Source: a virus. Taken from it: a stretch of 64,000 nucleotides of DNA. Below are positions 1 through 8,769 of the stretch, piece by piece (position 1 is the stretch's first letter; each line of letters starts with the position of its first letter). A program made the translations under genes and the position numbers. The notes below the pieces were generated by a model, which ran no database searches, had not been told where the DNA came from, and saw only the letters and a list, made by a program, of their open reading frames with translations. The stretch lies in IMG/VR virus record IMGVR_UViG_3300046652_000008, positions 1-64,000 of that record. One strand, written 5' to 3'.

Positions 1-160
1 AGCTGGATCTTCGGACGCGCGCGCGTGTCCCGGTTTGCTAGGTCGATCATCATCTGTCCGATGGCTTCCTCCAGCGACGAGGCGGATGTTTCGTAGCTGC
101 GAACTCCATCGAGTTCAATCCATACGGTTACGCCGTCTTCTATTTCGCTGTAGTAGATGG

Positions 161-307
161 TCATGCCGCCTCCGCGCCCCAATTCGTTGGGATGTCGCCC
201 GCCGCGAAGCAATTTGCGTCGATGGTCTCGCCGCTCACGAGTTTGACGGGTCTTGACAGCTCTCCGGCATCCTCTCGGATCTCCGCTCCGCAACGTGGGC
301 AGGTCAC
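161..307 (-). CDS. Small CxxC hypothetical protein
   Basis: GTG start overlapping the upstream stop (GTGA); MTCPRCGAE. Confidence 0.5.
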   Translation of the reverse strand: MTCPRCGAEIREDAGELSRPVKLVSGETIDANCFAAGDIPTNWGAEAA

Positions 308-801
308 GGGTTCATCCCCCCCAACACACCGAAGATGTATTGGTTCCCGCTGTTCTGATTCACGGATGATCGGATGGTACGAACAGTGAGGCCGACCCAC
401 CATTTGCCGCGAACATCGTGCGTTGCCATCCCACCGCCAGACCAGTTCCAGCCGGTGTTGGGACCGCTCCAGGACGGACCAGCCGCCGCCGTACCATAGA
501 GCCTCCAGGAGCCCACGGTGAGGATCTTCTGCCCGACGCCGACACCGAGATTAGACGCTGTGGTGAATGGCTGGTAACTTGTCGGAACCACGTCGAAGAC
601 ACCAAAGGCATACGTGCCCATGGTGTTTTGCTCGCGGGCGTACAGCGCCGTGCCTGCGAATTGCTGAGACATATTGGCTGAGGCGGATTGGTTCCAGGAC
701 ATGCCGACGCCCCAGATGTTGAGCGGGTCCGTCGGGCTGAGTGTTTGCGCAAGGCCCGCGATGGCCGCGAGCAGGAGAAGTGAGAGGAGTTTGAGTTTCA
801 T
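304..801 (-). CDS. Exported beta-strand-rich protein, possible small outer-membrane beta-barrel
   Basis: Signal peptide MKLKLLSLLLLAAIAGLA|Q; amphipathic aromatic/Gly-rich strands. Confidence 0.6.
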   Translation of the reverse strand: MKLKLLSLLLLAAIAGLAQTLSPTDPLNIWGVGMSWNQSASANMSQQFAGTALYAREQNTMGTYAFGVFDVVPTSYQPFTTASNLGVGVGQKILTVGSWRLYGTAAAGPSWSGPNTGWNWSGGGMATHDVRGKWWVGLTVRTIRSSVNQNSGNQYIFGVLGGMNP

Positions 802-809
802 GGGGTCCT

Positions 810-1580
810 TTAGAGAAATCGAGCGCCTATTTTACCAGCCGTCTCCAGCCAAGAACGTACCTTTGCCCAGAGACTTTTGGGCTTAGCGATGTCGCTTGTA
901 ATTGAATGCACGTCCGCCGCGATCCCGTCCGCACTCTGGCCAACCTTCACCGCAGAGTCTGCAAGCTTGGGCGCGGCGTCGCGGACGGTCTTCATCGTCT
1001 GAGCGGCCTCAAGCATCGTAATCCGCGTTTGGGAGATGGTATCCCCTACGCGACGGAGTAGAACCGGGCTCGTCTTATTCACTGCTTCAATGGTTGGTTG
1101 GAAGGCGCGCGGCAGCGCCGCGTAAGCCGCTAGCGTGTCCGTGGCGCTGTCGGTGACCTTGGGAATGGTCTGATCTTTGACCACCACCAGCGCCTCATCC
1201 AGCGTCGTTGCAGCCTTGCCCAATTTCGCAACGGTATCGTTGCTGGATTTCACGAGAGTGATTGATGCGTCGGCCAACGCTTTCATCTTCGGCTCTTGCT
1301 GCTTGGCAATCTTGTTCGCGTCACCAGCCGTCTGTTTGATCTGGTTAGCCGCTCCGTCCGCATTCTTCAAGAATTCCTGAAAGATCCATAGAATTCCATC
1401 GTGATGGTTCGACTTTTTCCCCGCCAGCGCGACGTTGATTTTTTCGCCAGCCGCTTCCACCTGCTGAGCCGCGCGGTCTACGGAGTGGAAAAGCAACGAC
1501 AGAAAAACCAACGCTGGTATCAGCGCCACGCCGCACAAGCATCCGATCAGCCCGAGGGCGTTTTTGATTGCAGGTTTCAT
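810..1580 (-). CDS. Membrane-anchored coiled-coil protein (possible spanin-like or MCE-like helical protein)
   Basis: N-terminal TM segment followed by long Ala/Lys/Thr helical repeats; start overlaps the previous stop. Confidence 0.55.
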   Translation of the reverse strand: MKPAIKNALGLIGCLCGVALIPALVFLSLLFHSVDRAAQQVEAAGEKINVALAGKKSNHHDGILWIFQEFLKNADGAANQIKQTAGDANKIAKQQEPKMKALADASITLVKSSNDTVAKLGKAATTLDEALVVVKDQTIPKVTDSATDTLAAYAALPRAFQPTIEAVNKTSPVLLRRVGDTISQTRITMLEAAQTMKTVRDAAPKLADSAVKVGQSADGIAADVHSITSDIAKPKSLWAKVRSWLETAGKIGARFL

Positions 1581-3094
1581 TGGTACACCACATCGACCCA
1601 GTAGTTGGTCGAGTTCCATGTCGCTGTTGGGAACTTGTTTTTCCCGTAAACATAGACGCCATTACTTCCGTCTTGCCCATTTTTAAGAGCTGTCAGTGGA
1701 GCCGCAGTTACTCCAGATGTTGCAAAGTAGTTCACGCTGTCTGAGTAGTAACTCGCAGAGCTAACCGAGACTACGTAGGTAGTGTTAGCGGCAATGGAGA
1801 TCGGCGTGGCGAATAGCATTTGCTGCCAGCCGGAGGCCGTTTCCTTGGTGAACGTGATGCTTCCAAGCAGCGTGCCTGTGCGAGTCCAGAGATGTCCTAC
1901 GTGAGTTCCCGTGTTCTTTGAGCCCTTGTAGAAGCGCACGCCGGTAATATGTCCGGCCACACTAGAATTGAACTTCACGCCCACTTCGATGGCCGTTCCG
2001 TCTGAATCATTCGTGCTGGTCGGAGTCGCGCTGGATGGCCAGATGGAGCAAGGGCAAGTGGTTGTCGTGGCGGCTGTGAGCGCCAAAGAAGCGGTCGTGG
2101 ATGATCCGTTCAGACTGGCCGTGACGATACCCGTCTGTGTAGTCGCAATCGTTCCGGCTGTGACGATGAATGTGGCGGTTTTACTGCCCACCGCCACAGC
2201 GACTGATGTTGGCGTGGTCAAGAGCGCGGTGTTGTCGGATAACGTGACAGAGAGCCCACCCGTTGGGGCCGCGCTGCTCAATGTGACGGTACAACTGCTA
2301 CTAGCGCCGGAGTTTAAAGATGCCGGAGCACAAACCAATGCGGTCACCTTCACAAGTGGCGCAAGACTCAGGGAAGCTGTTTGAGTGCTGCCATTCAGGG
2401 CGGCTGTGACGACTGCCGTAAGTGGTGTGGCGACAGAGCCAGCCGTGGCCGTGAAGTGGCCTGTAGTCGAGTTGGCCGCGACCGTTGCACTGGCTGGGAC
2501 CGTGAGGCTGACGTTATTGCTCGTCAAACTGACAACGACTCCTCCAGCAGGGGCAGGCCCACTCAATATGACGGTACATGCGCTAGTGCCCGGTCCTGTT
2601 AAAGAAGATGGGGCACACGTAAGAGCGCTCACGGTCACAGTCGCTGGTACGGTCACCGTACCGCCCGACCCTGATGATGTGTTGGGCCATGCGTCAGCCA
2701 TGGCCGCGCTAGTGTTCGAGACTTTGATGGGGCGCGATAGAGCGCCGCCCGTGCTGAGGGTGAGCGCAGCAACTGCGATTGGCCCATCCTGAATAATTGT
2801 AGCGTTCATACCGGACAACAGACACACTAACTGGCCAGGAACCCCATAGCACGACAGTTGTTTTTTAACTGCCACTACCGAGTCGCTAGGAACGACGGAT
2901 ATCTTAGTGAAATCGGAGGGTGAGTATTCGAATGTCCATTGCACCGCAGCGGACCGCATAGCGTCCGATGTAAGGCTAAGCGTGAGATTTGCTGTGCCAC
3001 CAGCAGGTGTGGTAGTAGAGGATAGTGATAGTGTGGCCTGCGCATCGAGAGAAGCAGGCAGAAACAGGACCAGGAGGATGATAAGCGTGCGCAT
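1577..3094 (-). CDS. Secreted protein: cohesin-like domain, two Ig-like repeats, C-terminal DUF4082
   Basis: Signal peptide MRTLIILLVLFLPASLDA|Q; DUF4082 hallmarks IEVGVKF, ITGVRFYK, SGWQ, NYWVDV. Confidence 0.8.
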   Translation of the reverse strand: MRTLIILLVLFLPASLDAQATLSLSSTTTPAGGTANLTLSLTSDAMRSAAVQWTFEYSPSDFTKISVVPSDSVVAVKKQLSCYGVPGQLVCLLSGMNATIIQDGPIAVAALTLSTGGALSRPIKVSNTSAAMADAWPNTSSGSGGTVTVPATVTVSALTCAPSSLTGPGTSACTVILSGPAPAGGVVVSLTSNNVSLTVPASATVAANSTTGHFTATAGSVATPLTAVVTAALNGSTQTASLSLAPLVKVTALVCAPASLNSGASSSCTVTLSSAAPTGGLSVTLSDNTALLTTPTSVAVAVGSKTATFIVTAGTIATTQTGIVTASLNGSSTTASLALTAATTTTCPCSIWPSSATPTSTNDSDGTAIEVGVKFNSSVAGHITGVRFYKGSKNTGTHVGHLWTRTGTLLGSITFTKETASGWQQMLFATPISIAANTTYVVSVSSASYYSDSVNYFATSGVTAAPLTALKNGQDGSNGVYVYGKNKFPTATWNSTNYWVDVVYQ

Positions 3095-3098
3095 GAAT

Positions 3099-5489
3099 TT
3101 ATTTGGCTCCAATGTTAGGCGGGCTAGCAGTCGATACGCCCGCGATGTAGACGCCGGTGGCAATGGCAGGAGAGCTGCCCTGGAGCGTGAAGTCCGCTGT
3201 TGGTGAAGTAAGCAAAGGATCGGTAAACGGGCTTGAGTCCACGTTCGCGGCCCACCAGGAGTAATCCTGTTCCACACCGTTATAATAGAAAGTTCCGGTG
3301 CTAGAGTCGCTTCGGTAATATATGTTGTGGTCTATTGTCATCGCCGCTTGAGAGACGGACCATAAGATGTTCTTCGCGTTCAAAGCATAAAAGATGTTGT
3401 TCTTTATTTCTACCGAAGTTAGGTTGTCAACTAGCTGCATTTCAAGGGGGGCGTTACCTCCGACAGTCAGTGACTGCTGGTAGAACGTATTATTGTAAAT
3501 TTTAAGATCGACAGTTGCCGCTCCTGGGGTATCCTCAGATTCAGCAATTCCGTAATGGTTGCCGTAGATCAAGTTGTGGTGTATTGTAATTGCGATTGGT
3601 CGCGCTAGATTCTGCACCACGCCAATTCCCGCTAGTGTACTTGAATATAGAGTGTTGTTGTAGATAGATCCGCCATTGAAACGAGCAGAAATATCCGATC
3701 CAGCGATGGAACTGTATACAGTATTATCGTGAATCGTGACGTTGCTTGCATCCTGCCCCACGTACATTCCATGGCTGTATGGGTAAACACCATTAGTATC
3801 GTGGACCACGTTTCCGAAGATTGTAGTTCCATCATCGTAAACGCCGGGCCAAGTGACTATGATTCCGCCAGGGTATCCCCCGGAGAGCATCTGCCCTGGA
3901 TATAGGTCAGCCGTATAAGTAAGGGTGTTGTTGGAGACGACATTGCTCCCGCCCGCCAATTGTACTCCACCCGCTTGAGCATGGGAGATAGTGCTGCCGT
4001 TAACAATCGAGAAGCCTCCGGCAACTAAAACTGCAAGACCGTAAGTATATGAGATCGAACACCGTTGCATCGTTAGATGATCGGCGAAGATCATACCGTA
4101 TCCGTTCGACATTCTGAGATCAAGGTCTTGCACGGTTATGTTCGCTATCGACCCGTTTCCAAGCGGCCTTGTTCTCTGAGATGCCTCGATAGTGTGTCCA
4201 GATGGAGCAACATCACCCGCCAGCCGGATGTGTAATCGCGACGTTCCAGAATCATAATAGAAGGCTCCGGCAGGCAACGGAGCGAGACCGCTGGCAGGAG
4301 CAAGAGCCGTTCCGTTATCAACGACAAAGTATGGCTGAACCGCCGCAGTTGCGTAGTAATCCGTAAAGGTTCCGGTCGCCCCGCCCGGATAAGTCAGGCC
4401 GTATTGATAAATCTCCTGAATTTCCTCGTCCGTATACGGAGCCGGAGCAACAAACCACTCATCCCAGTTGGTAGTGGCGATTGATGTCCCATTGAACGTC
4501 AGCGAGTCTGCACTTGTCGTCAGGACAACGCCCCCAGACGTGGATACGTTGGTTTGCTTGACCCCATCAATCCAAAGAGATTTTTCATTGCTTCCGCCTG
4601 CCCCCGCCCGGTTGGTTCCGTTCCACCGAAATGCTATATGGTGCCAGCCCGATGTGGTGTAGGCGGCATTGGCTGAAAGAACCGCAGCGTTGGCGATAAG
4701 GACTTGTATTTGGTTAGCGGTCCCGCCAATTCGGAACCTCCACCCGCGAGTCGTTCCGTCTCCAAAATTGGCAATTGTCTGATAGGCGTTGCTCCCGGCT
4801 ACCAGATAGACCCATCCTCCGACCGTCGCAGCAGTGGTCGCGGCCTTGAATGGAAAGTTTGCTGAAAGCGAAGTGTAGCCCAAAGTTTGTACGTAGCAGC
4901 CAAAGGGAGTGTTGAGCGAGTAAATGCCTGCTGTTCCGAATCCGGCAGGATAACTGCCAGAGCGCGAACAAGATCCGCTGAGCCACGGTATATCGTTGCC
5001 ATTGGTACTTCCGTCAAGCGCTGGGCTGGATGCATCCTGAAACATCCACCACGAAGTTGGCTGGTCTCCGGTAGCGTCAGTTGTAAAGTCATGTCCGAGA
5101 GGATACGTTACGCTCTCCATTGTCCACGAACCGAAGATGTCGGCCCCCGTGATGATCGGCGCGACCCCCGCACCATACGCTCCGTAAGTGACATTTCCAA
5201 CGTTGTGCGTTAGTTGCTCCCGCCACAGCCCACCACGTTTGAAAGCGACGGACTGGCCAGAGGTGAGCGTGGTTCCGTTGACCTTGGCGATGGTCTGCCA
5301 CGGTGCGACGATCGTGCCGGCGTTGGAGTCCGCGCCGCCAGAGGAATCGACATAGTAAGTAAAGACCTGAGCAGATGATACGCCCACCACTGCATTCCCA
5401 GAAATCACAGTATGTCCAGTCGCCACGGTTTGGGCCTGTGCTGTCATTGTGAGACACAGGCAAATGGCAAGAAGAACCGAGAGTCTCAT
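3099..5489 (-). CDS. Secreted LamG/concanavalin-like plus right-handed beta-helix (pectin-lyase-like) protein
   Basis: Signal peptide ...TAQA|Q; YYVDSSGGADSNAGT..PWQTI; LamG motifs WHHIA, LWIDG; parallel beta-helix repeats; DFTLQGSSPAI..G..PNIGA C-terminus. Confidence 0.8.
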   Translation of the reverse strand: MRLSVLLAICLCLTMTAQAQTVATGHTVISGNAVVGVSSAQVFTYYVDSSGGADSNAGTIVAPWQTIAKVNGTTLTSGQSVAFKRGGLWREQLTHNVGNVTYGAYGAGVAPIITGADIFGSWTMESVTYPLGHDFTTDATGDQPTSWWMFQDASSPALDGSTNGNDIPWLSGSCSRSGSYPAGFGTAGIYSLNTPFGCYVQTLGYTSLSANFPFKAATTAATVGGWVYLVAGSNAYQTIANFGDGTTRGWRFRIGGTANQIQVLIANAAVLSANAAYTTSGWHHIAFRWNGTNRAGAGGSNEKSLWIDGVKQTNVSTSGGVVLTTSADSLTFNGTSIATTNWDEWFVAPAPYTDEEIQEIYQYGLTYPGGATGTFTDYYATAAVQPYFVVDNGTALAPASGLAPLPAGAFYYDSGTSRLHIRLAGDVAPSGHTIEASQRTRPLGNGSIANITVQDLDLRMSNGYGMIFADHLTMQRCSISYTYGLAVLVAGGFSIVNGSTISHAQAGGVQLAGGSNVVSNNTLTYTADLYPGQMLSGGYPGGIIVTWPGVYDDGTTIFGNVVHDTNGVYPYSHGMYVGQDASNVTIHDNTVYSSIAGSDISARFNGGSIYNNTLYSSTLAGIGVVQNLARPIAITIHHNLIYGNHYGIAESEDTPGAATVDLKIYNNTFYQQSLTVGGNAPLEMQLVDNLTSVEIKNNIFYALNAKNILWSVSQAAMTIDHNIYYRSDSSTGTFYYNGVEQDYSWWAANVDSSPFTDPLLTSPTADFTLQGSSPAIATGVYIAGVSTASPPNIGAK

Positions 5490-6478
5490 TTGATTATCAC
5501 CCCAGGATGACGTGCGATGGCGGCAGGAGGATGTCCCACGACAGAGACCGTAGTGCCAGACCCACCTCCGTAATTGGCGACGTATACAGAGTTATTGTGT
5601 GCATCGAACGCTGAGCGAGACGGGCCATTAAATCCCGTGATCGTTCCAGTGATGGACGCACCCGAGTCCAGGATCACAAAGGTCGTGGTGGTGCTGTTGT
5701 TTGGGACATAAATGGAATAATTGTTCGAGTCATAAGTCACGTCGATAGGCCCGGAGAACCCGGAGATTGTATCCGTGAGTGTAGTGCCCGAGTCGGCGAT
5801 ACTGTAGACCTTGGAGGCTCCGTTCGCTATGTAGACCTTGTTATTGTTCGAGTCAAACGCGACAAGTGCCGGGCTTATCATCGAGGTCACCGTGCCCGTG
5901 ATGGACGTGCCCGAGTCTAGAACCACCGAAACGGTGGTGCTTGTATTGTTAGCGACATACAGGGAGTTGTTGTGACTGTCAAAGGCAATCCCGTATGGCC
6001 CCGTGAACCCGGTGATTGTGCCGGTAATCGTCGTCCCCGAGTCCGCTACCACAGACACGGTATTTGCCGTGTTATTCGTCACATACAACGAATTATTGTT
6101 CGAGTCGAAGGCGATCCCCTTCGGCTTACTAAACCCTGTGATTGTGGCCGTGACGGTTGTTCCCGAGTCCGGGATCACAGAGACGCTGTTCCCGAATTCG
6201 TTGATCACGTAAACGGTGTTGTTGTGTGGGTCGAATACGCAGCCGAATGGGGAGGTGCCCATCCCTGTGATCGTGGCCGATACCGAGGTGCCCGAGTCGG
6301 GGATCACATAAACGCTGGTCCCTGACAGGCTCGTCACGTAAAGAGAGTTGTTGTGGGAGTCGTAGCAGATGCCATAGGGAGCAGTCAGCCCGGTCACTGT
6401 GCCTGTAATCGCGGTTCCCTGCCCCCAGGCAAAGCCTGCGGTGAGGATTAACCCGGCAAGAGTCGTTGAGAGTTTCAT
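5486..6478 (-). CDS. Secreted YncE/YVTN-type seven-bladed beta-propeller
   Basis: Signal peptide ...AGFAWG|Q; seven ~41-aa repeats P.GIAFDS.NN.LYV.N....VSV..DSG. Confidence 0.85.
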   Translation of the reverse strand: MKLSTTLAGLILTAGFAWGQGTAITGTVTGLTAPYGICYDSHNNSLYVTSLSGTSVYVIPDSGTSVSATITGMGTSPFGCVFDPHNNTVYVINEFGNSVSVIPDSGTTVTATITGFSKPKGIAFDSNNNSLYVTNNTANTVSVVADSGTTITGTITGFTGPYGIAFDSHNNSLYVANNTSTTVSVVLDSGTSITGTVTSMISPALVAFDSNNNKVYIANGASKVYSIADSGTTLTDTISGFSGPIDVTYDSNNYSIYVPNNSTTTTFVILDSGASITGTITGFNGPSRSAFDAHNNSVYVANYGGGSGTTVSVVGHPPAAIARHPGVIIK

Positions 6479-6483
6479 GCTTC

Positions 6484-8022
6484 TCATTGGGTGTTACCAG
6501 AGATTGTGGCTTTGCCAGAAATAACGCGAGTCGAGGTTTGCGCGGCGTTGATTGTAATACTGAATCCGGTTGGTGCTCCTGCTTGCGCGCCGGTCGCGTT
6601 CGTGGCGGTGGCGCTAATGGTTGAGGTGGCCGCCGTGGTTGGCGTGCCGCTGAGAACTCCTCCGCTCGATAGACTAAGCCCTCCAGGAACTCCAGTGGCC
6701 GTCCAGGTGATCGGAGTATCGCCCGTCGCCGCGAACGTGATCGAATAGGCCGAGCCTACCGTGCCTGCCGTGAGCGGTGATGTTGTGGTGATCGTCGGAA
6801 CTGTCCCGCCTGCTGAGATTTCAAAAGCCCCGGCGTCAGGGGCCGAACCTTGCGGCCTGGTTGTTCCGTATATGTCCGTGGCCGGATAGTTAGTTGGGTT
6901 CCCGGCATCCTTGGCGCATGTGTCGGAACTCTGAAGGGATGGGTTGGGCTGCACCCCTCCGACTGCCGGAGGAGAAAGCACCCACGTTGGGGTACAGCGT
7001 TTCGTGCTGGTTCCGCAGGTTGATCCACCCGACGCCGGGAAGATGTTATGATCCGCTGTTCCAGAGCCGCAAGTGCCGATTTCGCTGACAAATACGTTTC
7101 CTCTTACTATATAGGCAGACCCGGTACAGCCCGCGTCATTATTTACTGACGCGAAATCTATGTCGTTATATTGTATGATAACTCCAGAACAATTACCACG
7201 ACCAATCACAAGGTTATTTCCGGCGACGTATGGAGCGCCAAAATAGTTGTTTTGAATGATCCAAGACCCTGATATACCTTCAGTCATTATGTTGCTTGTA
7301 GCATTATTGTAAAAGATATTTCCGTCGATCAGGACATCGCTAGAACCTGGATAGTTCTGGAAGCCGTCCACATGCTGCCCTCCTGGACACGATCCAGAGT
7401 ATATGTCGGTTGTGATCCAGTCATGCACTATGTTGCTTTTGAATATGAGATGTGTTGGCTTAATTGCCAATTCAGGACCCCATCCCCAGAAATCAACAGC
7501 ATCCTCCGAGTTCCCCGCAATGCAGCCGTCTCCATTACCAAACTCGGAGTTTTGGACAGTCACTCCAGAAGAGGCTATCCAGGCACTAATACCATGCCAT
7601 CCATCAACAGATATATCCGTGAACTCAACACCAGTTGAATCCTGGATGTTTAAGGCGTGTCTGGCATTCATCCCACTACCCGCCGATATTATGCCAATCA
7701 CATGCACATGATCTATGTTGATAGTTAAATCGCCTGTCAGCAGGACCGAGCCGTTCGACTCCGCATAGTAACTTATGGCAGACGATTTCTGTGAAGAGGA
7801 AAGGGTCTGCGCCCCATACGTTCCGTTCTTGACGACGACCGTATCCCCAGCACTCGCCGCTGTTTGGGCGGCTTGCATGGAGGTACACGCCTGCGCGTCG
7901 ATGTACGAGCCCGGCGTAGATTGGCGTGTGCATGTACCTCCGTTGGTGTCAACCCACAGGTTTGCCGTGGTTGGCTGAGCCATGGCACAGGCTGCTAACA
8001 GAAATAGAGATATAATCCTCAT
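6484..8022 (-). CDS. Secreted beta-helix protein with choice-of-anchor-Q-like segment and putative Ig domain
   Basis: Signal peptide MRIISLFLLAACAMA|Q; H.DGFQ beta-helix motif; DIYGTTRPQGSAPDAGAFE; He_PIG-like PGGLSLSSGGVLSGTPT. Confidence 0.8.
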   Translation of the reverse strand: MRIISLFLLAACAMAQPTTANLWVDTNGGTCTRQSTPGSYIDAQACTSMQAAQTAASAGDTVVVKNGTYGAQTLSSSQKSSAISYYAESNGSVLLTGDLTINIDHVHVIGIISAGSGMNARHALNIQDSTGVEFTDISVDGWHGISAWIASSGVTVQNSEFGNGDGCIAGNSEDAVDFWGWGPELAIKPTHLIFKSNIVHDWITTDIYSGSCPGGQHVDGFQNYPGSSDVLIDGNIFYNNATSNIMTEGISGSWIIQNNYFGAPYVAGNNLVIGRGNCSGVIIQYNDIDFASVNNDAGCTGSAYIVRGNVFVSEIGTCGSGTADHNIFPASGGSTCGTSTKRCTPTWVLSPPAVGGVQPNPSLQSSDTCAKDAGNPTNYPATDIYGTTRPQGSAPDAGAFEISAGGTVPTITTTSPLTAGTVGSAYSITFAATGDTPITWTATGVPGGLSLSSGGVLSGTPTTAATSTISATATNATGAQAGAPTGFSITINAAQTSTRVISGKATISGNTQ

Positions 8023-8031
8023 GCTTTTCCC

Positions 8032-8769
8032 TTATGGAGCTATTGCTATCAGCGCTGCTTGCCATGGGTGGCTGCCAGAATTATTGTTGGTGATGGCTTT
8101 GTTTCCGGTGGCTCCGGCAGTCGCTAATGGTCCATCGCAGACGAACAATAGCGTAGTGTCGGCCTGATTTGCCCTTGTCGTAAAAGTCGGAGTTGTTCCA
8201 GTCGGCTTAACAAGCTGATTGGAAACGTCTCCCCAGTCTTGGTAGAATGCAACCACATAACTGTTGTTTGCTGCCGTAGTCAATCCCGTGGCGGTTGACG
8301 TTGTTCCCGCTCCGGTAGCTATGGTTGGATTGGGATTGATGGGGGTTGACGCATTGGCTCCTGAATAAGCGCCCATGTAAGCTAAGCTGGAGTTGGTGGC
8401 ATGTGTCACCACATAGCTTCCGGACTCGCTCGATGCCGTCTTCTTCCACGCGTAGCAATTCACGTTAAAACCGCTATCCGTGACGGAAGAGGGGAATCCT
8501 GTTAATGCGGTAAACCCTGTGGGCGGTGTTGCTGTGATTACCGAAGCGGCACCTACGCAAAAATAGATCAGCAGTAAATCACCGTTGGCAATTCCTGCCG
8601 GAGCCGTGATGGTAGTATTCGCGTGGCTCGCATAGTTCACCGTGGACGAACTTCGGTAGGCGACTGTTCCACCGCCACCAGTCGGGGTGAATAATTTTCG
8701 ATGACGCCCAACGATCTGAGCCTGCATTGACAGGCAGACGATCAGCGAGGAGAGGATCAGTCGTCTCAT
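8032..8769 (-). CDS. Secreted beta-sandwich protein, fibre-tip/adhesin-like
   Basis: Signal peptide MRRLILSSLIVCLSMQA|Q; PAGIANGDLLL..., AYSG motifs; start overlaps the upstream stop. Confidence 0.7.
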   Translation of the reverse strand: MRRLILSSLIVCLSMQAQIVGRHRKLFTPTGGGGTVAYRSSSTVNYASHANTTITAPAGIANGDLLLIYFCVGAASVITATPPTGFTALTGFPSSVTDSGFNVNCYAWKKTASSESGSYVVTHATNSSLAYMGAYSGANASTPINPNPTIATGAGTTSTATGLTTAANNSYVVAFYQDWGDVSNQLVKPTGTTPTFTTRANQADTTLLFVCDGPLATAGATGNKAITNNNSGSHPWQAALIAIAP

